NCBI GenBank assembly: GCA_004431415.1
Contig: QPMI01000401.1
Coordinates: 1 to 64,000, forward strand
Origin: Cyanophora paradoxa CCMP329
Lineage: Eukaryota; Plantae; Glaucophyta
Direction of reading: 5' to 3'
Length of the DNA stretch: 64,000 bases
Shown: one piece after another, positions 21,804-32,136 of the stretch
Numbering within the stretch: position 1 is the first letter of the stretch
Layout: every line of letters begins with the position of its first letter
Translations under genes and position numbers: made by a program
Notes under the pieces: model-generated
Database searches by the model: none
Told to the model about the DNA's origin: nothing
Seen by the model: only the letters and a program-made list of their open reading frames with translations

Positions 21804-23297
21804 TCACACGTAGTAGCCCTCGAAATCAATTCGGCATGCCGAAGCTACATTCGTAGTAAGCACCCAGATTACGAGTGTTCTCACAGATCTCGGGTTTGCT
21901 AAGAAATGTTCGTCGGGTTCTACACTTCCGGCTATTTGATTTGCATTGGTAAACACTCTCGTCGCGCCGGCTTCTGTGTATGTGACAAGTGCCGAAACTC
22001 CCGGAGTTAATTGGTAATCGATCTCAAACGTTTTAATGTAGTTTCCATTCGCAGCCGGCTTCATTTTTATAGAGGAAAGCATAAACAGACGCGGGAAATC
22101 GATGCGTAAATAATTGCCTCCCGACCTACTACCTTGCGGCGGGTTGGTAAATCCCACCCATCCCGTAGCATTTGACCAGCGGGCATCAGAAGCTGTGCCG
22201 AATTCCGCAATAAAGGCGCTATTATCGAGCGGCACCCAGTTAGACTCCGGGGGTGCGCTTACATCTGTGCACCCGGACAGATTAATAATGGGAACGTCGC
22301 CCTCTGAGATATTCATCGTCAGCACTGAATACATCGCATTGAAATACGTTTGCTGTGCGGAAACAAACGCAAGCGCTTCCGTTTCCAAATATTGCAGGTG
22401 ACTCGTTGTGATAGTATCGAGGGTCATTTTATCTTTCGGTAAAGGAACGCTCAGCTTATAGTAGCGATCGTAATTCTGATCATCGTTTCTGGGTAAAAGT
22501 TCCAGTAGCTTTACGTGGGCGTTTAGATCGCTCGACTCTAAGAACATGCTGAGAATTGGCGATCCTGTGGCGCTTAGCATCCATTGCACGATCCCCCAAT
22601 TTTTCATAGTGTCGTACGAATATCCAGATGTCGCCTTATCAGAGTCTTGAACGTGACCCGCCGTAATCGAGACCACGATAAGCTCCTCCTCGCAAGAGTT
22701 TCCGAATAAAGTGCGGGCGAATGTGTAGCCACATACCCCGGGCGAATTATTTCCACTCATGCAACCATCGATTAAACAATATGTTCTTCCGGCGACTGTG
22801 ACTTGTTTCGGCTCGAAATAGGTCGGAGCAGCCGAGGTAGCCCTTGCAGCATCGCGCACAAGCATCCCATTAATATCTTCATCGTTGCTTGAAATAAAAA
22901 CGGGGGACATTTGAACCGTGTCGAACGCAGTTACTATGGTGGGTTTGTAGAGATCCGCCATAGTCGCTGAGCCGCAGAGTTCCAGAGCCACAGCTTCTAA
23001 GTTAGTTGCTTCGTACTTTGGGCGCTGTACAATCGATGTAAGCACTCGTGGATTCGCGAAAATCAGCGGTAGTTTCGCTTTGTAGAGCGCCAGAATATCA
23101 GTGGCAGTATATTTAGGGGCGCCATCGGTTCCCTTGATATTCAATAGGAGCGCGATTAATCCACCTGTGGATGTTCCCGCAAAGCAGTCGAATAGCTGTT
23201 GGATTCGTTTACCGGTTTGGGCTTCAATCTGTGCCAGTATAGCAGCCTCGATTATTCCGCGCGACCCCCCTCCACTCAAAGCGAGGCAGGTCTTCAT
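21804..23297 (-). CDS. Patatin-like phospholipase with C-terminal discoidin (F5/8 type C) domain
   Basis: LSGGGSRG, GTSTGG, ATSAAPTYF, IDG; C-terminal YLRIDF...YIKTFEIDY...RTLVIW...CRIDFEG. Confidence 0.9.
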   Translation of the reverse strand: MKTCLALSGGGSRGIIEAAILAQIEAQTGKRIQQLFDCFAGTSTGGLIALLLNIKGTDGAPKYTATDILALYKAKLPLIFANPRVLTSIVQRPKYEATNLEAVALELCGSATMADLYKPTIVTAFDTVQMSPVFISSNDEDINGMLVRDAARATSAAPTYFEPKQVTVAGRTYCLIDGCMSGNNSPGVCGYTFARTLFGNSCEEELIVVSITAGHVQDSDKATSGYSYDTMKNWGIVQWMLSATGSPILSMFLESSDLNAHVKLLELLPRNDDQNYDRYYKLSVPLPKDKMTLDTITTSHLQYLETEALAFVSAQQTYFNAMYSVLTMNISEGDVPIINLSGCTDVSAPPESNWVPLDNSAFIAEFGTASDARWSNATGWVGFTNPPQGSRSGGNYLRIDFPRLFMLSSIKMKPAANGNYIKTFEIDYQLTPGVSALVTYTEAGATRVFTNANQIAGSVEPDEHFLANPRSVRTLVIWVLTTNVASACRIDFEGYYV

Positions 23298-23340
23298 TAT
23301 CTTATATACTTCTTATATATCTTCTTTGTTTATAAAGAGG

Positions 23341-26300
23341 ATGTCGTTCCTGAATCCGCGACCAGATGCACGAGTTATTAATTCGACCACTCAGATAGAG
23401 GACACTGATCAGGTGAACACTGAAATTCGCGGGTCTCTGAAAATAAACTTCAATGCAGACCGCGAAGATCCAGTCAGTGGAACACCGAGCAGACCCGCAG
23501 CTTTGCAGCTAATGAACGTAGAGAAAGGGGATCATAAACTTGGAATCGACTTTTTACTCGATGATAACGAACGAAACAGAGTCGCCAGCATTCAGGCAAC
23601 CCGCCAGCTACCGAAAACGGTGCGATATAATCGTAGGAACATCCCAAAAGCATTCGATAGAGGTCGCTTAAACTTCTTCATTCAAGATGAGAGCGGTTTC
23701 CAAAATGCAGCTATGAGAATCGTGGATAATAGCACACTTATAGCGGGAGTATCCACACGAAAAACAAAGGTAGAGGTCGTCCATGATCTCTCAGCAGGTA
23801 ATCTAACGACGAGCAATATTACAGCAAGTAACATCACTACGGATACCCTAAACGTAAACTCATTTAATTCAGAGTCTTTCTTCGCCACCAATGTCGCAAC
23901 CTGTAACCTAAACATCGAATCCTTTGTGATTCAGAAGAGCGAATCGGTTCCCCAGATTACAGAGGGCGTTTTCACATTAGACCCCGCGAAACCGACCTTA
24001 GAAATTGTCGAAAATGGGAACGTTGTGGATATAATTGGCGCCAATGCTCCTAATGTGAGATCCTTAGCACTTGATAAAACGACTATATCGTTTGCAGAGG
24101 AAATTCCGGCATTTACCACAGAGAAACAGGCACTGAGAACAGACCATGTTTACATTACCAGAGACAATATTAACGATCTTTTAGGCAAGGACATCGTAAA
24201 GGCGTTTTTGGAGTTTGAGAGGAACAAGAACACAAAAGATTCAAGCCAGGATGGAACCCTCACGACCCACACTACTGAAATCGCGGCTTTGCAATCCGAA
24301 ATTAATGCTCTGTTTGCAGCAGATGGAGCGCTTGCAATTACCTTAGCCCATATTCTATCGAAAAGGAACATTTACCCCGCGACTGACAACACATACCGAG
24401 TTGGTTTATCGAATCTGAGATGGTCAGAGTTGCATGGAGTTTCCATGTTTGCCTCCAATTTAATCCTTCCATTTAATCACTCCCTCCGACCTAATCAGAT
24501 TCTCACCAGTGATAATGCACTGATCAGCTACACTGACTTTAATAGTAACCTTTCCCGATCAGTTTCGCGAACTGAGACCTACCAGGTCACAGGCTACCCG
24601 CAGAAATTCGCAGGTCTCGAAGTTTATGTAGTTTATGCAGACAGTCCAACATACACATTTACTTGGGATCAATTGGGTGTCACAGGTTTCGAGACTCTAC
24701 CTACGGTTACCTTGGTCGATCATACAGTTTACTTTAATCAAATCACTTTGACTGATGAATATAACAAGGCATATGTCCATAATATCACCTCCACAGGTTT
24801 TCAGGTTTTGTTCCAATATGTTGGAACAAATACTCTCATTATCCGGAACTCGTCACTGAACACCAAAGCTAATCTGAGTTTCACTCTTACTGTCAATTAT
24901 GTCACCCCTGTATTCGATAGCAAACCCAGAGTAAAGGTTTACCGCGATTTACAGGTAAATAACGTCGTCCCCTTCCCAGCAGCTAATATACAGATAGGCG
25001 AACCCACAAACCCCTTCAAACGCGAATATCTTAAAGAGCTCTATATAACAAAGTCCGATTTTGAAGATGCTGTCGCTTTGGTTAACTCCCCGACACCCAG
25101 TATATCATACCACAATATCAAAGCATTTACCCCTATGACTCAGACAGGTAGCAGGTCATTCCCAAGCTCAGAATTATTAAGTATGGTGAATGGCTACTAT
25201 TATAGATATACTCCATCAGAGTCGATTATTATACCTATATCCTTCACATCGACATTTAATGCCCCACCAACTGTTACCATAGTAGATACCAATCGATATT
25301 TCGCCCAGCCGGCAGGAGGCATAACACCAGCACCCAAATATACTACCGTTTTTCGAGCAGAGAATGTCACCACGACAGGCTTTAATCTTGTAGCCGATCC
25401 TACGATCCATACTTATATCAATGGCTACCCAGTCGGTGTCTACTTCTATACTTATAATGCGACCACAGCGAAATTCGAATATCCCCCATACACAGTAGGG
25501 TGGTCAGCTGTGGGTCAGACTCCCCAGTATGATGATACTGATAGGTTAAAAATAAAGTATCCACTCGATGTGACCGACCTCTATACTACAAGGATCAATG
25601 GGCAGAATTTCGTATTTAATGGAACCAATGCGACTGTGATCGATAATAGAGTCACAAATAATTACTATTTCGATTCTCGATATATTAATACTTGCAACAT
25701 TGTCATACAGAAAACGTTTGAGGATCGCAGTAAGACCTTAACAGTCACCTTGCCCACTCATTCGAATGTCTCAGATGGATTTCACTATTATTTGTATAAT
25801 CGTAATTACACCTCTTATATTCCATATCCTTCTGAGACTGTGGATATGAGCTATCCCAGAGTGACCCTAACATCGACCAATACTCACTTCTTCGGATCCA
25901 CCGACTTCATGACCTTCTTTGCTTTCACATCGTCCACAGATGGTCTCTTAGTTTATTACACTTTTAAGTCTGATGCTGTTGCTACCCAAATTGACAGCCA
26001 CCCAAACACAGATATCATCACAGTAGGCGATAAGAAATACATAAAAACCGCTTCTCCATGGGTTTGCTCTGTCCGGCTCGATGACAGATACACTCCTAAC
26101 CTAAATAACATTGGATTGCACTCGACATGCAATATTTATGTGCAAGGTGCGATTTCGGCTACCAAATATTTCGAGGGTGGAAATTGTGATACAGGACATA
26201 GGTTGCTTTCGCGAAATGGACTCTTTGAGTCATTCAGTGGGACGGCTCTACCGCCATTTATTAGGGACACAGTCTATGATACCACATGCAATATTTGGGT

Positions 26301-26976
26301 GTTTCGATCTGTGAGCAATCCACCTGTGACACAGGAATTATACAAGTATCTCGCAGATACCTATGGTGCAATTACAGGGTCTTCAACAGGAAATCCAGCA
26401 ACGGCTCCCATCGTGTTTGCAAATGCATACACAGCGCCGACATCATTAGCAGGGTCGACAGAACCGCCACCAAACGATCCCAATCCGAACCAGCCTAACC
26501 CAGATCCCGATTCAAAAGATCCCCCTACAACTGATCCAGATCCAAATACGACACCTTATAATCCCAGTAATCCTACTAATCCAGTTGGATCACCAGGAAT
26601 GGATCCAGGGACGTTAGTGCTTCTCATTCTCTTGCCGATTCTCGGTGTTGGAGGACTTGTGCTTGCATACAAATTCCGAGCTTTATGTTTTGCATGCTGT
26701 GATAGGGTCATTGCAGGTGCAGGTAATAAATACTCAACACCAGAGCTTAATGTGACCCAAACAGCCGAAGGAGATGTGGGGTTAGAGGTGAGGTCAGCCG
26801 AGGGGCATGGTCTTAGTGTTGTGAGAACTGATCAACCACCAGCAAGTAGGGCAGCACCCAAAAAATCACGAGCACAAGAATTGGCAGAGCAAACGATGAA
26901 TAATGACAGAGACTTTATGGCGGAAATGGCACAGCGAGAAGGGAGAATATATGAACATGTTCCAAACGTTATGTAA
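23341..26976 (+). CDS. Large fibre/surface protein (1211 aa) with Pro-rich stalk and C-terminal transmembrane segment
   Basis: Likely start ATG 23341 after an AT-rich spacer; SNIT repeats, coiled coil, F..PP.VT...NVTTTGF...W.AVG modules, P/D/N-rich linker, LVLLILLPILGVGGLVLAY. Confidence 0.75.
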   Translation: MSFLNPRPDARVINSTTQIEDTDQVNTEIRGSLKINFNADREDPVSGTPSRPAALQLMNVEKGDHKLGIDFLLDDNERNRVASIQATRQLPKTVRYNRRNIPKAFDRGRLNFFIQDESGFQNAAMRIVDNSTLIAGVSTRKTKVEVVHDLSAGNLTTSNITASNITTDTLNVNSFNSESFFATNVATCNLNIESFVIQKSESVPQITEGVFTLDPAKPTLEIVENGNVVDIIGANAPNVRSLALDKTTISFAEEIPAFTTEKQALRTDHVYITRDNINDLLGKDIVKAFLEFERNKNTKDSSQDGTLTTHTTEIAALQSEINALFAADGALAITLAHILSKRNIYPATDNTYRVGLSNLRWSELHGVSMFASNLILPFNHSLRPNQILTSDNALISYTDFNSNLSRSVSRTETYQVTGYPQKFAGLEVYVVYADSPTYTFTWDQLGVTGFETLPTVTLVDHTVYFNQITLTDEYNKAYVHNITSTGFQVLFQYVGTNTLIIRNSSLNTKANLSFTLTVNYVTPVFDSKPRVKVYRDLQVNNVVPFPAANIQIGEPTNPFKREYLKELYITKSDFEDAVALVNSPTPSISYHNIKAFTPMTQTGSRSFPSSELLSMVNGYYYRYTPSESIIIPISFTSTFNAPPTVTIVDTNRYFAQPAGGITPAPKYTTVFRAENVTTTGFNLVADPTIHTYINGYPVGVYFYTYNATTAKFEYPPYTVGWSAVGQTPQYDDTDRLKIKYPLDVTDLYTTRINGQNFVFNGTNATVIDNRVTNNYYFDSRYINTCNIVIQKTFEDRSKTLTVTLPTHSNVSDGFHYYLYNRNYTSYIPYPSETVDMSYPRVTLTSTNTHFFGSTDFMTFFAFTSSTDGLLVYYTFKSDAVATQIDSHPNTDIITVGDKKYIKTASPWVCSVRLDDRYTPNLNNIGLHSTCNIYVQGAISATKYFEGGNCDTGHRLLSRNGLFESFSGTALPPFIRDTVYDTTCNIWVFRSVSNPPVTQELYKYLADTYGAITGSSTGNPATAPIVFANAYTAPTSLAGSTEPPPNDPNPNQPNPDPDSKDPPTTDPDPNTTPYNPSNPTNPVGSPGMDPGTLVLLILLPILGVGGLVLAYKFRALCFACCDRVIAGAGNKYSTPELNVTQTAEGDVGLEVRSAEGHGLSVVRTDQPPASRAAPKKSRAQELAEQTMNNDRDFMAEMAQREGRIYEHVPNVM

Positions 26977-27013
26977 CAACCTTAATTTTTGTAGTATTCC
27001 ATAATAGAGTATA

Positions 27014-28477
27014 ATGACTGAACCCATAGTAGAAACGACAGTAAAGAATGCTGTATTGGATAATCAATTTTATATAACCCATGCCAATATACCCAGTGAA
27101 TCCAATGACCTAATTGTTAATCTAAAAGGCTATTTGATGGGAGCTATGGCTTCTAACCTATGGAATGACATTTTTGGTTACGAGTTTGGTCACATATATG
27201 ACATAGCAAATGGGATTGGCTATGTGGATGCAATGGCAGGAACAGCCTTTCGAAATCTAAATTGCAACTGTGTGGGAGGGTGGATGTTTCAGATCTGTTC
27301 AAATGTCGATCCTACTATTGATCCAGCTACTGTGACCTTTGATTGCAATCTATTCGCCCCTAAAACCATTTTTTCCATCACTTGCAACCTTGTATGTTCA
27401 GATGTGCCCATTGTGGCACCTGTAATAGGTGCATCCAATATGTATATCCAAAGAAACCCGGTCGTGCATACAGGCGCTGAATTTATATTGGGCGACAACA
27501 CCCCAATTAGTCGACTCGAATTGCCCACGAATTTCACCTTTAATCTCGTGGATGAGTTCCCTAACAGTCAAAGTCTCATGTATTTCACCTCTGAAAATCG
27601 CCTTTCGGGTGCATTCTCACCAATCGAGCTGTCTATACCGAAACAAAAGGTGAGCTATAAGGAGCTTACAGATGTGCCGGCGGGATTTAGTGGGAAGTGG
27701 AGTGATATCATTCAGAAGCCGACTTGGAGTAGTGTAGCATACACAGGAAATTACTATGATTTAGTAGGAACTCCCGATTTCACAAGCTATATACCTCGTT
27801 GGATCGATCAAGGTGTAATTATATCAGAATCTACACTCCCTTTCAATGGGACATGGGATAGATTATTTACCAAGCCGAATTTGCATGCTGTTGCCACAAG
27901 TGGTGACTACAACGATTTAACTAACACCCCTATTGCACCGACCTTGCATGCTGTGGCTACAAGTGGAGACTACAATGATCTCGTTAATACACCGACCCTA
28001 CATGCTGTGGCTACAAGTGGGGATTATAACGATTTAGTTAATACACCTACTTCGCCACCCACTCACAATCACAGCATCGAGTTGCTCACGAATTTCGGTA
28101 ATTATGTGAATGCAAATGCATATGTGCAACAAGGGACAGCGGATGTAGTTATACCTAATCAAGTTTATACAGTAGGGCAAGTGTTTACAGCATCAGGAAC
28201 CGTTACGTTTTCTACCCCATATTATAGTGATCCAATAGTTAATGCTACTCTCGAAAACAGTATTATTTTAACAAGTGTCGATTTCACCAATAGCATATAT
28301 CTCTCTGCTGAATATCAGTTCGGGAATCGCATTGGGTTCAAAAATAAATTCACTTGGATTGCTATATTTACTTGTTATTCGGCAATCAATTATACGAATG
28401 TGCCCCAAAACGAACGAACCCTTAAACTCCATTGGATTGCTGTCGGACCTCTCCAAAACAATAATATTCTCACATAA
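27014..28477 (+). CDS. Fibre-like protein with LHAVATSGDYNDL repeats
   Basis: Three phage-tail-fibre-like repeats; C-terminal G.V.FSTP....P.V...LHWIAVG domain. Confidence 0.75.
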   Translation: MTEPIVETTVKNAVLDNQFYITHANIPSESNDLIVNLKGYLMGAMASNLWNDIFGYEFGHIYDIANGIGYVDAMAGTAFRNLNCNCVGGWMFQICSNVDPTIDPATVTFDCNLFAPKTIFSITCNLVCSDVPIVAPVIGASNMYIQRNPVVHTGAEFILGDNTPISRLELPTNFTFNLVDEFPNSQSLMYFTSENRLSGAFSPIELSIPKQKVSYKELTDVPAGFSGKWSDIIQKPTWSSVAYTGNYYDLVGTPDFTSYIPRWIDQGVIISESTLPFNGTWDRLFTKPNLHAVATSGDYNDLTNTPIAPTLHAVATSGDYNDLVNTPTLHAVATSGDYNDLVNTPTSPPTHNHSIELLTNFGNYVNANAYVQQGTADVVIPNQVYTVGQVFTASGTVTFSTPYYSDPIVNATLENSIILTSVDFTNSIYLSAEYQFGNRIGFKNKFTWIAIFTCYSAINYTNVPQNERTLKLHWIAVGPLQNNNILT

Positions 28478-28498
28478 TAAGTAAAGAACAATCAAAAG

Positions 28499-29434
28499 AT
28501 GTCGACTGTGTTTACCCCTGTGTTTTCTTTGAGTGCAAGTGCTGTCCATAATGTCCAACACACAGTCTATGATTTATCTCCGAGCCACCCTTCGACTGAG
28601 ACAGCGAAAACCGATTCTTTTAATGACCAAAGCATACTCAGAGTCAAAGAACTCAGAGCTGACAAGATTGATGGACTCGTTAAAGCTACTCAAATGATCG
28701 TATCTAATCGACCCGCAATCTCTTCGGGGCTGGTCACCAAAGAAAATCTATATGAAGGTCAACAGGATTCCAAAACGGCTTTTAATCCGGCTGATAGGAA
28801 TTCGGCGGCTTTTCAAGTTTACAGTGGCGGGGCATGGATTGGGACTGGACTGGGTGTGAATGGTAATGCGACAATTACTGGGACGGGCTCATTTACTGGG
28901 TTGCTCACAGCAAGTGGTGGTGTGAAAGCGAATTCAATTGAAGCTGTCGGGGCGAGTGAAAATATAGCCCTCAAAAGAAATGGAGCCACAGTAGCAACAG
29001 TTGATGCTACTGGAATCTCACTTTCAAGTGGGTTTAATATCAAGAATTCCGATCAGGTATTTTGTAGAGTCTATCATTTCACCACAACAAGTTATTCAGC
29101 GGGTTCTGTTATTAAATGGGCGAATGAAGCGCACGATATAGGAAACAACTACGATCCTGTTACTGGGAAATTCACTTGTCCGTTTGCAGGTATTTACATT
29201 TGCTCTTTTGGATTTTACACAGATACAAGCAATGATTGTCAAGTGCAGCTTCGACTTAATGATACTCCAATTATTTTTCAAAGTGTAAAAACAGCAACAA
29301 CACATAGTGGTTGTCAAACGATTTCTTTCAGAGCGAATGTAGGCGATTCCATTAGTGTTTATGTAAGCATTGGAACAGCAGTAATCTATGCAAGTCAACA
29401 AACAATGACAGTAGCCTTGTTATGTAGAGTATAA
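28499..29434 (+). CDS. Fibre-like protein with C-terminal C1q/TNF-like domain
   Basis: DIGNNYDPVTGKFTCPFAGIYICSF...GDSISVYV fits the C1q consensus. Confidence 0.78.
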   Translation: MSTVFTPVFSLSASAVHNVQHTVYDLSPSHPSTETAKTDSFNDQSILRVKELRADKIDGLVKATQMIVSNRPAISSGLVTKENLYEGQQDSKTAFNPADRNSAAFQVYSGGAWIGTGLGVNGNATITGTGSFTGLLTASGGVKANSIEAVGASENIALKRNGATVATVDATGISLSSGFNIKNSDQVFCRVYHFTTTSYSAGSVIKWANEAHDIGNNYDPVTGKFTCPFAGIYICSFGFYTDTSNDCQVQLRLNDTPIIFQSVKTATTHSGCQTISFRANVGDSISVYVSIGTAVIYASQQTMTVALLCRV

Positions 29435-29461
29435 AAATTATGTTCAATAATATTAAAAAGA

Positions 29462-29725
29462 ATGTCGAATATCTACCAAGTGGTTCTAACTGATACTGAA
29501 AAACTGGGAATGGAATACTGTGCTTACTCTGTCCAGGATTGGATTGATAATGTAGCTCATAATAGGGCAAGAATCGCTGTGGATGAAATCGTAGACAAAG
29601 AAGTTAAATCGTGTATTGGTGCTGGAATACCGATTCCACTCACAAAGGAAGCGATTGTAGAGCAAGCATTTAATCGGGGGACTGTTCGAAAGGCAAGCGA
29701 AATTCCTGTGAGTGCTCCTATGTAA
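29462..29725 (+). CDS. Small hypothetical protein following the C1q fibre gene
   Basis: 87 aa; conserved in frame with 33067-33330. Confidence 0.7.
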   Translation: MSNIYQVVLTDTEKLGMEYCAYSVQDWIDNVAHNRARIAVDEIVDKEVKSCIGAGIPIPLTKEAIVEQAFNRGTVRKASEIPVSAPM

Positions 29726-29785
29726 AGAATTCGAAGAATGAGAGATGGGTTTATTGTTATTTTTCATAGATCATGCATAAGAAAG

Positions 29786-30425
29786 GCATGTATCTTGCAT
29801 AGTGGGCGGGGCGCGAGTTTATTTTAACGTGGTCTATCGTCGTACTTTGTCGTAAATATGCTAATCGTACATTTCGATTCGTACATTTCGATTCGTACAT
29901 TTCGATTCGTACATTTCGATTGAAGTCGCAAGTTTGTGCAGGTGGGCATTTTCGGCATGCTTGCTCATGCACAAACTCGCGAATTCATTGTACTCTATCG
30001 GTGGGGGTCACCTTGATTTCGTATTTGATTTATCCAAATTAAGGCTATCGGTGGGGGTCACCTTGATCTCGTATTTGATTTATCCGGATTAAGGCTATCG
30101 GTGGGGGTCACCTTTATTTTTCAATTTGCTAACTGAAAACAGTCCGGAAACGATCGGGAACATTTCGTAAAAATAGGGGTCTTACTGTCCTTACTGAGAA
30201 ATCGAGAGAGGGTTTTACGGCTTACTGAAAATGGTAAGAGATTAGAAAATAGGAGATTGATAGGGTTTTGTGATTGGTTTCAGTAAGGAAGGGTTAGATG
30301 TTTGAAAAATACAGTGCTAATTTATAATTTGTTACTGAGCCTTACTGAGAAATTTGAAAATGGATAATGGGCTTACTGAGAATGGTAGTGGGGAAGGAAA
30401 GAAGAGGGCGCGCAATTGGTGGGGG
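29786..30425 (-). repeat. Right TIR of inner virus
   Basis: Ends ...GCGCGCAATTGGTGGGGG; reverse complement of 6845-7473. Confidence 0.95.
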
Positions 30426-32103
30426 TTACCTGCATGCGAGCAATGTAACAGATGTAAGCGCTACTGATGGTTCACGTCCAAAAATTATATTTAGTCGCTC
30501 GAAATTCAATTACGTCCCACTTGTGGGACAACCATACGATGATCACGGTAAATGTGAGATGGCATGGATTAAAACAACAACAGGTGGCGCCTTAGAAGTC
30601 AATCAGAGAATGGCGACAAAAACCTTACACAATACAACCCTTTCAGGTGTGGTAACAGATGATTACCTCCAAAGCCAAAACTATGTAGATGATACAGAAC
30701 TTGCAGCAATTCTTGAAGATTATGTAACAGATACCGAATTAACGTCGGCTCTTGGGGATTATTTACCTCTCACAGGTGGGACTCTTACAGGTGATGTGCA
30801 TGCTCCGAATTTCTTTGTCGACACTCCACATGATCAAACATTTCCTGTTGTCCACCTTGGTGCTGAATATGTTTTAGATCCAAACACTCCATTTAGTCGA
30901 TTCGAATTACCCAATGTTCACAAGCATTTTTGGGAGCATATCATCAATCCCCCATCGACCTATCCACCTGATTCACACGATCATGATTATTTACCACTAA
31001 CAGGTGGAACAATTGCAGGTGGTGTGCATGCTTCTAATTTCTTTGTTACTACTCCAAATGATCAAACATTTCCTGTTGTCCACCTTGGTGCTGAATATGT
31101 ATTAGATCCAAACACCCCAATTAGTCGCATCGAATTACCCACGAATTCCACCTTTAATGTCGTGGATGACTTCCCTAAAAGTCAAAACCTCATGTATTTC
31201 ACCTCTGAAAATCAGCTTTCGGGTGCATTCTCACCCATTGAGCTATCGATACCGAAACAAAAGGTGAGCTACAAAGAACTCACAGATGTTCCGCTGGGAT
31301 TTAGTGGTAAATGGACTGATATCACTGAGAAGCCAACTTGGAGTAGTGTAGCATTCACAGGTGATTACTATGATTTAGCAAGAATTCCCGATTTCACCAC
31401 CTATATACCTCGCTGGATCGATCAAAGTGTTATAATATCCGAATCTACACTCCCTTTCAATGGAACATGGGATAGATTATTTACTAAGCCGAATTTGCAT
31501 GCTGTGGCTACAAGTGGTGACTACAATGATTTGACTAACACACCTACTATACCTACCTTGTCGACCTTGCATGCTGTGGCTACAAGTAGAGACTACAATG
31601 ATCTGATTAATACACCAAACTTACATGCTGTTGCCACAAGTGGAAACTACAACGATTTAATTAACACACCTACTTCGCCACCTACTCACAATCACAGCAT
31701 CGAGTTGCTCACGAATTTCGGTAGTTATGTAAATGCAAATGCATATGTGCAACAGGGGACAGCGAATGTAGTCCTGGAAAATCGACAATACACAGCAGGA
31801 GAAACCTTTCAGTTATCGGGAACGGTCGTATTCTCTACCCCATTTTATAGTGATGCAGTGATAACTACCTCTATCGAGAATAGCTTCAACTCTGTAAATT
31901 GGGATATGACCAACTGTGTGTATATTGGACCTGAGTATGTTAATAATACTCGTGTGGGTTTAAAAAATAAGTTTACATGGGTCGTAAGATTCACAACTTT
32001 CGCATCAACTAATTTCACAGATGTCACAGCAGCTAATCGCACCCTTAAACTCCATTGGATTGCTGTCGGACCTCTCCGAGACAACAATATTCCCATAGAA
32101 TAA
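30426..32103 (+). CDS. Outer fibre gene, 3' portion
   Basis: Open frame; YLPLTGG and His repeats, then a close homologue of 27455-28477. Confidence 0.8.
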
Positions 32104-32136
32104 TATTCTCACGGAATTATAAAGAACAATCAAAAG

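Larger units (their letters stand above)
6845..30425. mobile_element. Complete endogenous Polinton-like virus (~23.6 kb)
   Basis: Bounded by long TIRs; carries MCP, pentons, packaging ATPase, rve integrase and a PolB-like replicase; no adenain-type maturation protease recognised. Confidence 0.9.

Noticed and set aside
23101-23340. N-terminal 80 aa of the 1291 aa ORF (likewise the 20936-21067 extension)
   Set aside because: Antisense overlap with the neighbouring gene; better ATGs at 23341 and 20935.
6845-30425. Classical Polinton or mavirus-type virophage
   Set aside because: No adenain-like maturation protease, no 5'-AG termini and no 5-6 bp TSD; PLV fits better.
6845-30425. Helitron, suggested by the A^T target and Pif1-like helicase
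   Set aside because: Long TIRs and capsid genes; no HUH Rep motifs or TC...CTRR ends.
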